Origin: Acidobacteriota bacterium
Lineage (GTDB): Bacteria; Acidobacteriota; UBA890; WLXD01
Direction: 5' to 3'
DNA length: 64,000 nt
Assembly: GCA_963666055.2 (NCBI GenBank)
Contig: CAXWPH010000006.1
Span: 373,827 to 437,826 of the forward strand
Positions 32,794 to 42,681 of the stretch are shown here, piece after piece; positions within the stretch are counted from its first letter, which is position 1, and every line of letters begins with the position of its first letter. The notes under the pieces are model-generated. The model worked only from the letters and a program-made list of their open reading frames with translations, was not told the origin of the DNA and searched no databases. The position numbers and the translations under genes were made by a program.

Positions 32794-33377
32794 GCGGTCC
32801 GCGCCCGAAACCGCCGCGCCTTGGCGCGGTTTCCGCAGGTGGCCATATCGCACCAGCAGCGACTGTGGTTCTTGCTCGTATCCACGAACAGCCAATCGCA
32901 GCCGGAGGCGCGACACGTCGTGACGCGTTCGAGCTCATCGCCCACCAACAAGTCCGCCACAGCGCGCGCCAGCGGCCACAGAGGCCGGCACAGATCCACC
33001 GGGCGTCCGCCTTGCCAGCAACGCTCGAAGCGGCCGTCAACGGAGACGATGCGAGCACGCGATTCAGCCTCTGTGACCTCTCGATTGATCGCCGCCAGAG
33101 CTTCGCGAGGCGCACCACGTCCCCCGATCGCGGCCTCGACCAATCGTTGAATGGCGTCGGCCAGCGTGTCGGCGCGCGCCACCACCGCGGTCGCATCGGA
33201 GGGCCGTCGTCGCGCCGTGCGCGCCAGTCGGTCGGCCTCCTCGACAGAGAGCGTTCCCGAACGCCTGGCAATCTCCAGGAGACCCAGGTAGGGGCGCGCC
33301 GGGTCAAGCTCGCGCATCGTCTGACGGTTGTTAGCCAGATCCAGCCCAGCGTTCCCGGCGACCAGATCGATGCTCAT
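32790..33377 (-). CDS. ABATE/CGNR zinc-finger domain protein
   Basis: LDLAN; C-terminal CRASGCDWLFVDTSKNHSRCWCDMATCGNRAKARRFR. Confidence 0.92.
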   Translation of the reverse strand: MSIDLVAGNAGLDLANNRQTMRELDPARPYLGLLEIARRSGTLSVEEADRLARTARRRPSDATAVVARADTLADAIQRLVEAAIGGRGAPREALAAINREVTEAESRARIVSVDGRFERCWQGGRPVDLCRPLWPLARAVADLLVGDELERVTTCRASGCDWLFVDTSKNHSRCWCDMATCGNRAKARRFRARTA

Positions 33378-33415
33378 TTGATCTCCGCGACTATCGGTAT
33401 GACTACTCTTTACGA

Positions 33416-33510
33416 TAACCGTCATTATTATATTTGACAAGTTACGGATCGACATACTACCGTAACTATCAAAATAAACTTTTACTAGTTATTACCGAGT
33501 TTACTAGTTC
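33416..33510. promoter_or_regulatory. AT-rich divergent promoter with repeated TAAC-N21-GTTA operator-like sites
   Basis: 33416-33444 TAACCGTCA...TGACAAGTTA and 33463-33491 TAACTA...TAGTTA, both 29 nt; a degenerate third copy at 33482-33510. Confidence 0.6.
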
Positions 33511-33530
33511 TTATCGAGGAGACGCCAGCC

Positions 33531-34472
33531 ATGTCTACCTTGACCGAAGCTTCCCCCCGAGAAGCTCTCATCGAGCGTCGCCACCGACTCCAGCACCTCG
33601 TCGACGGCATCGGCGCAGCTCCGGATCTGGCGCGTTTAATCGCCGAAGTCGACGATGCGCTGGAACGCTTCGATCAGGGCACGCACGACGTTTGCGTTGT
33701 CTGCGACGAGTCGATGCCCGAGGAGCTCGACCGTCACCCGATGGGTCGCTACTGCCTCTGTGATCTAACCAAACAGCAGGTCCGGGCGCTGGAGAACGAC
33801 CTGGAGACCGCCTGGAGCATCCAGGTCGGCCTGTTACCTGAGCAGGACGTCAGCGTCGGCGGCTGGACGAGCCACTTCCGATATTTGCCGGCCGGGCCGG
33901 TTAGCGGCGACGTAGTCGACCTGGTTGCTCACCCCGACGACTCGCTCTATTTCCTACTCGGCGACGTTGCCGGAAAGGGCGTGTCGGCCGCACTGCTGAT
34001 GGCTCATCTCGGTGCTCACTTCCGCCGCCTGGCGGAAGAGAAGTTACCGATCGCCGACACCGTTCGGCAGCTCAGCGACAAGCTTGCCGAGCGTACGGGA
34101 CCGGCACGCTATGTCACCTTGGTGGCAGGTGTGGCGTGGCCCGACGGCCGGCTGCAGCTCGCCAGCGCCGGACACTTGCCTGCGCTGCTGACGCGTTGCG
34201 GCGCAGTCGAGCGGCTGGACGCCACGGGTATCCCTGCGGGCCTGTTCCAAGGCAGCGACTACGGCGTGCACGAGCGCACGCTGGCGGCGGGCGAGTCGAT
34301 CGTGCTCTACACCGACGGCCTGGTCGAAAGCACCGACCCGGGGGGCGACGAGTACGGAATCCCGCGCCTGTCGTGCGAGCTCGAGGCGTGGCGAAGCCTG
34401 GCGCCCGATGCCCTGGCGGCGACGGTTCTGTCTGCCGCCGAGGCGTTCCGAGCCGGCGCACCGGCAGGCGAT
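33531..34472 (+). pseudogene. SpoIIE/RsbU-like PP2C phosphatase with N-terminal DksA/TraR-like Cys cluster, 3'-truncated
   Basis: CVVC...CLC; SGDVVD, GDVAGKG, SAGH, LYTDG. The final DDxT motif is replaced by antisense sequence of the neighbouring gene. Confidence 0.75.
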
Positions 34473-34922
34473 GGCGAATCCGTTGTCCTTGTAGCGGCGG
34501 ATCTCGACCAGATCGAACCGGATGTCGCTGTCAGCGTACGAATCGTTCAGCACGTCCATCTGGCGGTTGCCGCGATCGTCGGTCACATTGAACTTGCCGT
34601 TCTTTTTGGTGACCACGTGGACCACCACGGGAATCGTCGTGACGCCGCGCTCGGCACGCATCGCCATCGCCCGCCTCATATAAGGGGCCAACAGGCGATC
34701 GGTCAGCTCACGCTCCTCTCTCGTCACCGTCCGCGCGGCGCAACGAACACCGAGATGGCGGTTCCGGGCGGGACCGGAGAAGATGTCTTGCGGTAAGCTC
34801 CCGCGCTCCACGCGGCTCTGCTGGGCAAGCGCCAGGACGGCGCGAACCGCTTCGTCCTGCGCCTGCGCGACGGAACCCGGGACCAATAGGGTGACAGCAA
34901 CGACCAGGCAGGCTGTTTTCAC
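34470..34922 (-). pseudogene. N-terminal fragment of secreted M43 (pappalysin/ulilysin-like) zinc metalloprotease
   Basis: Signal peptide, RCAA propeptide Cys, TTIPVVVHVV...QMDVLNDSY...IRFDL; no HExxH, and the frame runs into the antisense of the phosphatase. Confidence 0.6.
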
Positions 34923-35199
34923 GGCTGGTTCTCCGAGAAGAAGGCACTTCGCTCAGTCTTCAACGCGAAATCGAGCGCACAAAAGGATCGTCCGGCGGGG
35001 CATTCTTTATTTCTCGTGCGCGTGAGCGGCGCCCTAGTCGCTATGGCCTCAACGCCCCTGGCGACCTCGGCAGCACTCGCCCGGGCGATGCCGCGAAGGC
35101 GGCGACCGTTACCCCGGCCGCAACCAACCCGGGCCATGACGCGATCGCGTCGATCGAAGCGCTGGCACCTTCGACGCGATGCTTCTGTGCGCCTCATGC

Positions 35200-36738
35200 C
35201 TAACCGACGATCTGCTCCATGTACCATTCGGCGAAATTGCTCGGACCGGTCTCAGCGGTTGAGTAGCGTCCGGACCTGTAGCTGCCCGACCGCACGCCCT
35301 GCTGGTTGTTCTCCACCACCCAGATGTCTTCCTGGATGGTGATGTGCCACAGCGCCATCAGCTCGTCACGATCGTAGTCGCGCCCCTCTACCGCGTCGGG
35401 GTGTACGAGCCATATCAGCTCGCAGTCAGTGAGGGCCGGCCCACGTGGCGTGAACCGCGCGATGGCGACGTGATCGTCGTAGCACTGCGCGTAATAGGAG
35501 AAGAAGCGTGTCGCCGCGATCCTTGTCCCGTACGTCCAGTCGTCGATATTGGGCAGCAGCGGCGCCAGCGGCTTGCCGTCGACCGAGCCGGTCATGTAAC
35601 CGGAGTTGAGCCTCCCGAAGACCCCGTAGGTCTCTGATCCAGATCCACCTCCACTCCCCATCCCCATGCCACCGCCGAAACCGCCTCCGAGATTTCTTTG
35701 CCCCTCGGGTTTGACCCAGGCACGCACGCTGGCGGCGCGCTGAGCGTGCTGCTCGGGGGTGCCTTCCATGTCGTAGTTGTGTGTCGTCACCAGCGACTTG
35801 TGCGCCGGCCCGCAGTGGTAGCACTCCTGAAAGTTCTCCAGCGCCAGCTTCCAGTTGCCGGAGATCGAGTACTTCTGCCGCACGGCGACCTTGAGCTCGG
35901 CGGTGCCGTAGTACTCGAGCGTCGGGCGCAAGCCACCGACCTGTTCGTCGAAGTCCGGGGGCTCGGCCGCCTGAGACAAATTGAGGAAGATGTTGCCCTC
36001 GAGGTTGCGCAGGTAGCACGGGATGAGCCCGTTGTCGGCCGGATCGAAATCCTCCTGCATGCCGTAGGCGTAGATGAGGCTGCCCTCGGTGTCATAGGTC
36101 CAGGCGTGGTAGGGGCAGCGGAACACCGGGCTACTGCCGTTGCTACCGAGCTGCTTCACCGAAAGGCGGGGGTCCCCCGGCACCGCGTCGCCATCATGTC
36201 GGCACAGCCGCGATCCGCGATGCCGGCACACGTTGTGAAACGCCTTCACGTCGCCGCCGTTGCCACGCACGACGATGACGCTGTCGTTGCCGCCATACTC
36301 GAAGACGAAGTAGTCGCCGGCGGTCGGAATCCGGCAGGCGACGTCGGCGAACATCCACTGGCTCTCTCTGAGAAACGCCTCATCCTTCAGGTAGTGTTCC
36401 TCGTCGAAGTAGTACTCGCCCGCGATCGTCCTGCCCGGTTGCCAGCCACCCGGGTAGCTCTTGCGAGTGGATGTGGCCGGAACCGCGCTCGGGTGCGCAC
36501 CGACGCCCCCGTAGCCGATCACATGCTCCGGCGGCGAGACGCGCGGCGCCGGCAGCGCGGCGCGATTCGCCGCCGACACCTTGCCGGCGGCCGTCGGAGC
36601 AGCACCGGTGAGGGTGTCTCCGCGCAATGCCGTCGGGAGCGCTACCGCCGCCGCACCGGCAGCCACCGAGGTCTTGGCAAAGGTCCGCCGGCTGACTGTG
36701 GTAGCGGTTGCTGCTTCGTCGGGGTCGCTGTTGCCCAT
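35200..36738 (-). CDS. Rieske non-heme iron oxygenase alpha subunit (GbcA/Stc2-like) with Tat-like signal
   Basis: CRHRG...CPYHAW Rieske ligands; ENFQECYHCGPAH and EDIWVVE Fe ligands; N-terminal VSRRTFAK followed by an Ala-rich helix. Confidence 0.88.
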   Translation of the reverse strand: MGNSDPDEAATATTVSRRTFAKTSVAAGAAAVALPTALRGDTLTGAAPTAAGKVSAANRAALPAPRVSPPEHVIGYGGVGAHPSAVPATSTRKSYPGGWQPGRTIAGEYYFDEEHYLKDEAFLRESQWMFADVACRIPTAGDYFVFEYGGNDSVIVVRGNGGDVKAFHNVCRHRGSRLCRHDGDAVPGDPRLSVKQLGSNGSSPVFRCPYHAWTYDTEGSLIYAYGMQEDFDPADNGLIPCYLRNLEGNIFLNLSQAAEPPDFDEQVGGLRPTLEYYGTAELKVAVRQKYSISGNWKLALENFQECYHCGPAHKSLVTTHNYDMEGTPEQHAQRAASVRAWVKPEGQRNLGGGFGGGMGMGSGGGSGSETYGVFGRLNSGYMTGSVDGKPLAPLLPNIDDWTYGTRIAATRFFSYYAQCYDDHVAIARFTPRGPALTDCELIWLVHPDAVEGRDYDRDELMALWHITIQEDIWVVENNQQGVRSGSYRSGRYSTAETGPSNFAEWYMEQIVG

Positions 36739-36773
36739 GTTGATCTCCCTCAAAAGCCTGAGACGCGTAGTGT

Positions 36774-38642
36774 TCAGAAGTCTATTTTGACAGCGCGCGG
36801 GGCTTCAAGGGGCGCCGATCCGGGGTCCCTCCGAATCGACGTGCCGTGCCGATGATCGGCTGTTTCCGACGGCACCAGAAAGAGGCCGTGCCGTCGTGCC
36901 CAATCACCAAGGGCGCGGCTGCTAGTCCAGCGCACCAAAGGCGCCGCCAACAGCATCCCAGCGAAGATGGGCGCCAGCCAGAGGGCGAACGCGGTGCTGT
37001 AATACAGCGTAGCGCCGGCCCAGGCGAAGCCAATCACGGTAATCCAGGAGGTTTTCCTGGCCGCGGTGGCCCACGAGACGTCCCTTCCGTGCCGCCGCTG
37101 AGCGCTCCACTGAATGGTGTGTCCCGTCAGCACGCTGAGCACGGAGCGCGAGTGGTAGATCATCATCAGCGGCGCGGTAACAACTGCGAAGACCATCTCC
37201 AAGAATGCGCTGAGGACGAGCCGTCGGGCACCCCCGAAGGACCTCCGATGACGCGCGATGCCGAGCGTCAGACCCAGGAGCTTCGGGACGAACAGGATGA
37301 GCGTGGTGACGACGAGAAGCGACGGGAGCAGAGACGAGTCAGGCAACGGTAGCCCGGCAAGCACGGCATACGGCACGGCGGGAGCCAGGTTCACGCCGGC
37401 GCTGTCGAGCAAGACGTACGCGGTGCTCGCCAATAACAACAACAACCACAAGACCGACGACACGTAGCCCAGCGCGCCAAGCACGAAGTGCAGCCGGCTT
37501 ATCGGGTGCAGGCCGCGCGTCAGCAGCAGCCGCAGGTGCTGGAGGCTCCCCTGAGCCCAGCGGCGGTCGCGCTTGGCGTAGTCGAGGATGGTGCCCGGAA
37601 CCTCCTCGTAGCTTCCATCAACGAACGGCAGCACGTATACGTGCCATCCGGCGCGTCGCAGGAGCGCCGCCTCGACGAAGTCATGACTCAAGATCTCACC
37701 CCCCCAAGGGGGCTTGCCACGGAGCACGGGTAGGTCGCAATGGTCGGTGAAGGCGCGCACCCTCACGATGGCATTGTGCCCCCAGTAATTAGCGGCGTCT
37801 CCCTGCCAGAAGCTTTGACCCGTCGCCAGCATCGGGCTGTAGAGACAGGCGGCAAACTGCAACAGGCGACCGAAGAGCGTCGTCTGACAACTCGGCACCG
37901 GCACGGTCTGGATGAGCCCGGCTGCCGGGTTGGATTGCATTGCCAGCACCAGCTCCACCAGCGCCGGCCCGCTCATCACGCTGTCGGCGTCGAGCACCAC
38001 CATGAAGTCGTAGAGCGCACCCCAACGCTCGCAGAAATCGGCGATATTGCCGGCCTTACGACCCACGTTCGCCTGCCGACGTCGATAGTGCAGCGACACA
38101 ACGCCCGCCCATTGGGCGCGGACTTTCTCCCAGGCAACCTGCTCGTCACCAGCGATCGCCTCGTCCGTCGTATCGCTCAAGAGATAGATGTCGAAGACTC
38201 CCGCCTCGCCGCTCGCCACCAGCGAGCGAATCGTCGCCCCCAGACCACCCATGACGCGTGCCGGCTGCTCGTTGTGGATCGGCATCACCACCGCCGTTCG
38301 CGTGGTGATTGTGCTGTCCGGAGTGACGCTCGAGGTCGACGCGGCAGGCGACAGTGGATCGCGTCGGGCGAGCTGCAGCGCGAACCCGATGACCGAGTTC
38401 CAGAACGCCACGGATATCCACGCGAACGTCAGCGCGAACAGCGGCAGGATCGCGAGCTCGAGAGGTGTCAGGCCGGCGACGCGGAATATGCCGAGCATCA
38501 TGGCGGTAGCGGCCAGCGTGGTGATTCCGACCAACCCGAAGAACAGGCACCGGCGCGCCCCGATGCGCCCGGCGCTGAGGATGCGCCCGCCGCGCGGTTT
38601 CGCCGACGACGAGCTACTGGGAAGGGTCCGGGTACCAGACAT
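36774..38642 (-). CDS. opgH: Glucans biosynthesis glucosyltransferase H
   Basis: MPIHNE, RKAGNIADF, VLDADS, NYWGHNAIVR, ILSHDFVEAALLRRAGW, RDRRWAQG. Confidence 0.93.
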   Translation of the reverse strand: MSGTRTLPSSSSSAKPRGGRILSAGRIGARRCLFFGLVGITTLAATAMMLGIFRVAGLTPLELAILPLFALTFAWISVAFWNSVIGFALQLARRDPLSPAASTSSVTPDSTITTRTAVVMPIHNEQPARVMGGLGATIRSLVASGEAGVFDIYLLSDTTDEAIAGDEQVAWEKVRAQWAGVVSLHYRRRQANVGRKAGNIADFCERWGALYDFMVVLDADSVMSGPALVELVLAMQSNPAAGLIQTVPVPSCQTTLFGRLLQFAACLYSPMLATGQSFWQGDAANYWGHNAIVRVRAFTDHCDLPVLRGKPPWGGEILSHDFVEAALLRRAGWHVYVLPFVDGSYEEVPGTILDYAKRDRRWAQGSLQHLRLLLTRGLHPISRLHFVLGALGYVSSVLWLLLLLASTAYVLLDSAGVNLAPAVPYAVLAGLPLPDSSLLPSLLVVTTLILFVPKLLGLTLGIARHRRSFGGARRLVLSAFLEMVFAVVTAPLMMIYHSRSVLSVLTGHTIQWSAQRRHGRDVSWATAARKTSWITVIGFAWAGATLYYSTAFALWLAPIFAGMLLAAPLVRWTSSRALGDWARRHGLFLVPSETADHRHGTSIRRDPGSAPLEAPRAVKIDF

Positions 38643-40281
38643 AGGTCCAGGTTTCGGTCAGCTTGGCGCCGTCGGCTGTGAGGAAAAGCCGCATGTCGGC
38701 CGGACGCTCGCCATCGGGTATCAAGTCGAAGGTGGCGCGCCACCCGGCGCCGTCAGGAAGCAGTTGCACACTCGGGCTCGACGTTTGCCCGCTGGAAGTC
38801 TCCAATACGGCTGCTACAAGCCCCGCGTCTTGGAGTGCTGAGGTAGCCGGCGCACCGAAATCGATCACGAACCGCCGATGGCTGCGCGGCGGCGGGTCGC
38901 TTTGGCCAGGCAAAGCATCCCATCCGACTCGTGCGCGCTCAACTTGCAACAAGCTCTGCGCATCCAACCGTCGATCGAAGGTGATGAGCCGATAGCGGTA
39001 TCGCCGGCTCTCCCCGGCGAGGAAGGGCTGGTCGGGCGCCCAGTAGGCGACGATGTTGTCGTTGGTTTCCGAGCTCGTCGGAATCTCGACGAGCTCCACG
39101 CCTCCACTCCCCCAGGCGGCATCCTCGGTGTCGACCCATACGCTGGGACGGCGCTGATAGTTGGTCTCGAGGTCGAGGTAGGCCTCGAACCGCCGGGCGC
39201 GCTGAATCAAGCCGAAGCCACGTGGATCACGGTCACGCAGCGAGGTAACGCGCACCTCACGACGGTTGCTGAGCGGCCGCAGAATCCACTCGTCGGCCCT
39301 GGTCCGCATCAACAAGCCATCCGAATCGTGCACTTGCGGACGGTAGTCGTCGAATTCCCGAGCTCGATTCGGGCCGTAAAGGAACATGCTGGTCAGCGGG
39401 GCGACGCCGAGCTTGGCAATGTCCCGGCGGGCGTGCAATCGGGCGTCAACCCGGAGAACGGTGCTCGCCCCCGGCTGCAGATCGAAGCGGTACGCGCCGG
39501 TGACCGACGGACTGTCGAGCAAGGCGAAGAAGACCAGCGCGGTGTCGGCCGGAGCCGGACGGAGAAGCCAAAACTCACCAAAGACCGGGAACTCCTCGTG
39601 CCCCGGCGGCACCACATCAACAGCCAGGCCCCGACCGGAGAGCCCATGAACCTGTCCGCCTCCGACCAGGCGAAAGTACGAGGCACCCAGGAAGACGGCT
39701 ACCTCCTGGCTGCGATCCGGGCTCTCGAGAGGATAGTGAACGCGGAACCCGGCGTAGCCGAGCTCCGGCGTGAGCATCTCGGCGACACCGGCGAGCGTCT
39801 CGGGGTAGCGAAAACTCTCCCGGTCGAGAAATAGCTCATCGATGCGCCCGTCTTCGACGGCGTGAATGCGCACGGGCTGCTCATAGCGGAAGCCCGGATG
39901 GAAGAACTGCACCTCGAAGAGCGTCTCGCCGCGCCACAGGGCCGCCTCCGGCCGAAACTCGATCGAGCGATACTGCGCATCGTCCAATTGCGCTAGAGCG
40001 TCGGGCGTGACGCGCCCGCCTGCCGTGTACGGGAGCTGCGCCAACCTGCGCGCCCGCTCGTCGACATACTCCTGCAGCGCGGCAGCGGTGACCGGGCGCG
40101 GGAGTGGCACAGATGACTCGGCAGCGCGTCGCTGGTGCGCCGTTGCCGCCGCGGGTTCGTCCTCGACCGGCTTGGTGTGACGGCCGCCCGTCGATAGTGT
40201 GGGGTCCGACCCACAAGCCGAGAACGCCAACATCGCCAAGAGCACTAGCAACGGCCGCGCAAGCCAGGCACTGAGCTGCAT
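38614..40281 (-). CDS. opgG: Periplasmic glucan biosynthesis protein G/D (lipoprotein-like signal)
   Basis: FLGASYFR, GLSGRGLA, APLTSMFL, RPQVHDSDGL, ETNDNIVAYW, ETWTY; LAFSAC lipobox. G versus D not distinguished. Confidence 0.88.
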   Translation of the reverse strand: MQLSAWLARPLLVLLAMLAFSACGSDPTLSTGGRHTKPVEDEPAAATAHQRRAAESSVPLPRPVTAAALQEYVDERARRLAQLPYTAGGRVTPDALAQLDDAQYRSIEFRPEAALWRGETLFEVQFFHPGFRYEQPVRIHAVEDGRIDELFLDRESFRYPETLAGVAEMLTPELGYAGFRVHYPLESPDRSQEVAVFLGASYFRLVGGGQVHGLSGRGLAVDVVPPGHEEFPVFGEFWLLRPAPADTALVFFALLDSPSVTGAYRFDLQPGASTVLRVDARLHARRDIAKLGVAPLTSMFLYGPNRAREFDDYRPQVHDSDGLLMRTRADEWILRPLSNRREVRVTSLRDRDPRGFGLIQRARRFEAYLDLETNYQRRPSVWVDTEDAAWGSGGVELVEIPTSSETNDNIVAYWAPDQPFLAGESRRYRYRLITFDRRLDAQSLLQVERARVGWDALPGQSDPPPRSHRRFVIDFGAPATSALQDAGLVAAVLETSSGQTSSPSVQLLPDGAGWRATFDLIPDGERPADMRLFLTADGAKLTETWTYVWYPDPSQ

Positions 40282-41905
40282 GTCCACGATCGCCTCGACG
40301 TCGCGCTTCCGGGCCATTGTCCTGCGGCTCTTGCCCGCGTGGATGCTCATCAACGCCATGTTGCTGGCACCCCAGTGGCTGGTGGCCGGCAGCATCGACG
40401 GGGTGTGGATAGCGGCCGAGTCAGGCTTGGCGGTGGGTCTCCTGGCGCTGCTGCCGCGTTGTCGGTGGAGCCGATTGCTCGCCACCCTGACTGCCCTCGT
40501 TTTGGTTGTCCTGAGCATCGTTGTGCTCGCCGATACCATCGCGCGGCAAAGTCTCGCACGTCCGCTCAACCTCTACCTCGATGTGAGCCTGCTGAGCGCC
40601 GTCCTGAACCTCCTGCGCGGCGCCCTCGGCCCCGTCGTAGCGACCTTGGCAGTGCCCGTCGCCCTGCTCGGCGCCGGCCTACTCACCTGGCTCTTGGCGC
40701 GCCTATTGGAGCCCACGGAGACACCGCACGGCGCATCGATCGTGCGGGCCGCGGGTATCGTATTGATGGCGTTCTCGGCGCTCGCGTTGCTTGGCGGGCA
40801 GGCACCCCGGGTAACAGAGATGATGGGGCGCCCGGCGGTGCGGGTGGCGACGCAACAAATCCGACATTTTTCCCGGATGTTGAACGAGCGGGAGCGCTTC
40901 GAGGCCGAGATGGCAGCCTCGCAGAACAGCTACGCCAGCCTGCCAGGTCTGCTGCAGCGTCTCGACGGGCGCGACGTGGTGCTCGGATTCATCGAGTCCT
41001 ATGGCATGTCGGCGATCACCGACCCACGCTACGCCGATGTCGTCGTGCCCCGGCTCCACGGGCTGGCCCGTCGCATGGCCTCGGCGAATCTGTACCTGGC
41101 CACCGGAGCACTCATTGCCCCCATCCAGGGAGGTCAGTCGTGGCTCGGGCGCGGATCGATTCTGAGTGGCCTGTGGCTCGAGAACCAACTGCGATACGAC
41201 CTGCTGTTGGCGAGCCGGCGCGAGACGCTGATCGACGATTTTCGCCACGCTGGGTACCGCACCGTAGCGTTGATGCCGGCGATCACACTCGCCTGGCCCG
41301 AAGGGGAGCGCCTTGGCTACGACAACATCTACGCATACAAAGACATCAACTACACGGGGCCGGCGCTCAACTGGGTAACCATGCCCGATCAGTTCACATG
41401 GTCGTACTTGGAGCAGCAAGTGCGCCACGACGATGATCCGCGACCGCTGTTCGCCGAGGTTGGCCTGATCAGTAGTCATGCGCCGTGGACGCCGATCCTG
41501 ACCGTCCTGGACGACTGGGACACGATCGGAGATGGGGAGGTTTTCATGCGCTGGCAGGGTGCCGGGGAGCGCCCGGGCGACCTGTGGCGAGATTACGATC
41601 GGGTGCGGGAGCACTATGCGTTGTCGATCGACTATGCCATTCAGGCGGCGACGGCATACGCCGAGCGCTACGTCGACGACAACACGCTGCTCCTGGTGCT
41701 CGGCGACCACCAGCCCGCCCCGATCATCACCGGGGATGGCGCCAGCCGCGCCTCCCCGGTGCACGTGATCACCGCCAGCCCAGCGCTCCTGGCGCCGTTC
41801 CTGGAGTGGGGTTTCGTCGAAGGTGGTATTCCTGACCCGAGCCAGTCGCCGCCTCGCATGGACGCTTTTCGCGACTGGTTTGTCCGCGCCTTGAGCACCC
41901 CATGA
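40280..41905 (+). CDS. Membrane-anchored alkaline-phosphatase-superfamily (sulfatase-like / LtaS-OpgB-like) transferase
   Basis: About 5 N-terminal TM helices, then FIESY, GGQSWL, SSHAPW and GDHQP metal/nucleophile motifs. Confidence 0.78.
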   Translation: MSTIASTSRFRAIVLRLLPAWMLINAMLLAPQWLVAGSIDGVWIAAESGLAVGLLALLPRCRWSRLLATLTALVLVVLSIVVLADTIARQSLARPLNLYLDVSLLSAVLNLLRGALGPVVATLAVPVALLGAGLLTWLLARLLEPTETPHGASIVRAAGIVLMAFSALALLGGQAPRVTEMMGRPAVRVATQQIRHFSRMLNERERFEAEMAASQNSYASLPGLLQRLDGRDVVLGFIESYGMSAITDPRYADVVVPRLHGLARRMASANLYLATGALIAPIQGGQSWLGRGSILSGLWLENQLRYDLLLASRRETLIDDFRHAGYRTVALMPAITLAWPEGERLGYDNIYAYKDINYTGPALNWVTMPDQFTWSYLEQQVRHDDDPRPLFAEVGLISSHAPWTPILTVLDDWDTIGDGEVFMRWQGAGERPGDLWRDYDRVREHYALSIDYAIQAATAYAERYVDDNTLLLVLGDHQPAPIITGDGASRASPVHVITASPALLAPFLEWGFVEGGIPDPSQSPPRMDAFRDWFVRALSTP

Positions 41906-42681
41906 CGGCCTGGTGGGGTCTGCTCCGCTCGCTGATCCTGTACTGGCGTCCGGGGCGTCAGCGCCGCCTCAGGCACCTTTATCGTCCCTTCGTCGGGTCG
42001 GGCGACCTCGTCTTCGACGTCGGTGCGCACCTGGGCGATCGCTCGGTGGCTCTCGCAGCCCTCGGCGCCCGAGTCATCGCGATCGAACCGCAGCCGCGCG
42101 CCGCGCGCTGGCTGCGGTGGTTGGTCAGGTCAAGCGATCGAATCACCGTGCGGACAGAGGCGGTCGGTCGAATGGCGGGGTCCGGTGAGCTGGCAATCAG
42201 CCGACGCACACCCGCCGTCTCGACGCTGGCCAGCGGCTGGAGATCTCGTCTGCCCGAGGCCAACAGGAGCTTCAGGAAGGTGCGTTGGGACGACACGGTG
42301 ACCGTCGCCGTCACCACCCTCGACGTGTTGATCCGGACTTATGGAGAGCCTCGTTTCTGCAAGATCGATGTCGAGGGCCACGAGGCGGACGTGCTCGCCG
42401 GTCTCAGTCGACCGGTAGCAAGCCTGTCGTTCGAGTTCGTCTCCGGCGCCCTCGATGTCGCCGTTGACTGCGTCCGACAGCTCGACAGGCTCGGCCGCTA
42501 CGAGTTCAACGCCATCGCCGGCGAGCAACGACGCTACCTCTTCGACACTTGGCGGACAGGCGACAGTGTGGTGGAGTGGCTGACTGCCGGCGGCGGCGGA
42601 ATCTCTTCCGGCGACCTGTACGCGGTATTGGTACATCCTTCCACCGGCCCGGTTTCACAAACTGCGCAACGAGACCCGTGA
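41902..42681 (+). CDS. FkbM family methyltransferase
   Basis: FDVGAHLG, AIEP, TTLD, KIDVEGHE. Confidence 0.9.
   Translation: MTAWWGLLRSLILYWRPGRQRRLRHLYRPFVGSGDLVFDVGAHLGDRSVALAALGARVIAIEPQPRAARWLRWLVRSSDRITVRTEAVGRMAGSGELAISRRTPAVSTLASGWRSRLPEANRSFRKVRWDDTVTVAVTTLDVLIRTYGEPRFCKIDVEGHEADVLAGLSRPVASLSFEFVSGALDVAVDCVRQLDRLGRYEFNAIAGEQRRYLFDTWRTGDSVVEWLTAGGGGISSGDLYAVLVHPSTGPVSQTAQRDP

Noticed and set aside
33531-34796. 421-aa phosphatase ORF as a genuine extended protein
   Set aside because: Everything after ~34472 is the antisense of the M43 fragment.
35144-35180. 10-bp inverted repeat downstream of the Rieske gene as an intrinsic terminator
   Set aside because: Long loop and no U-tract; support too weak.
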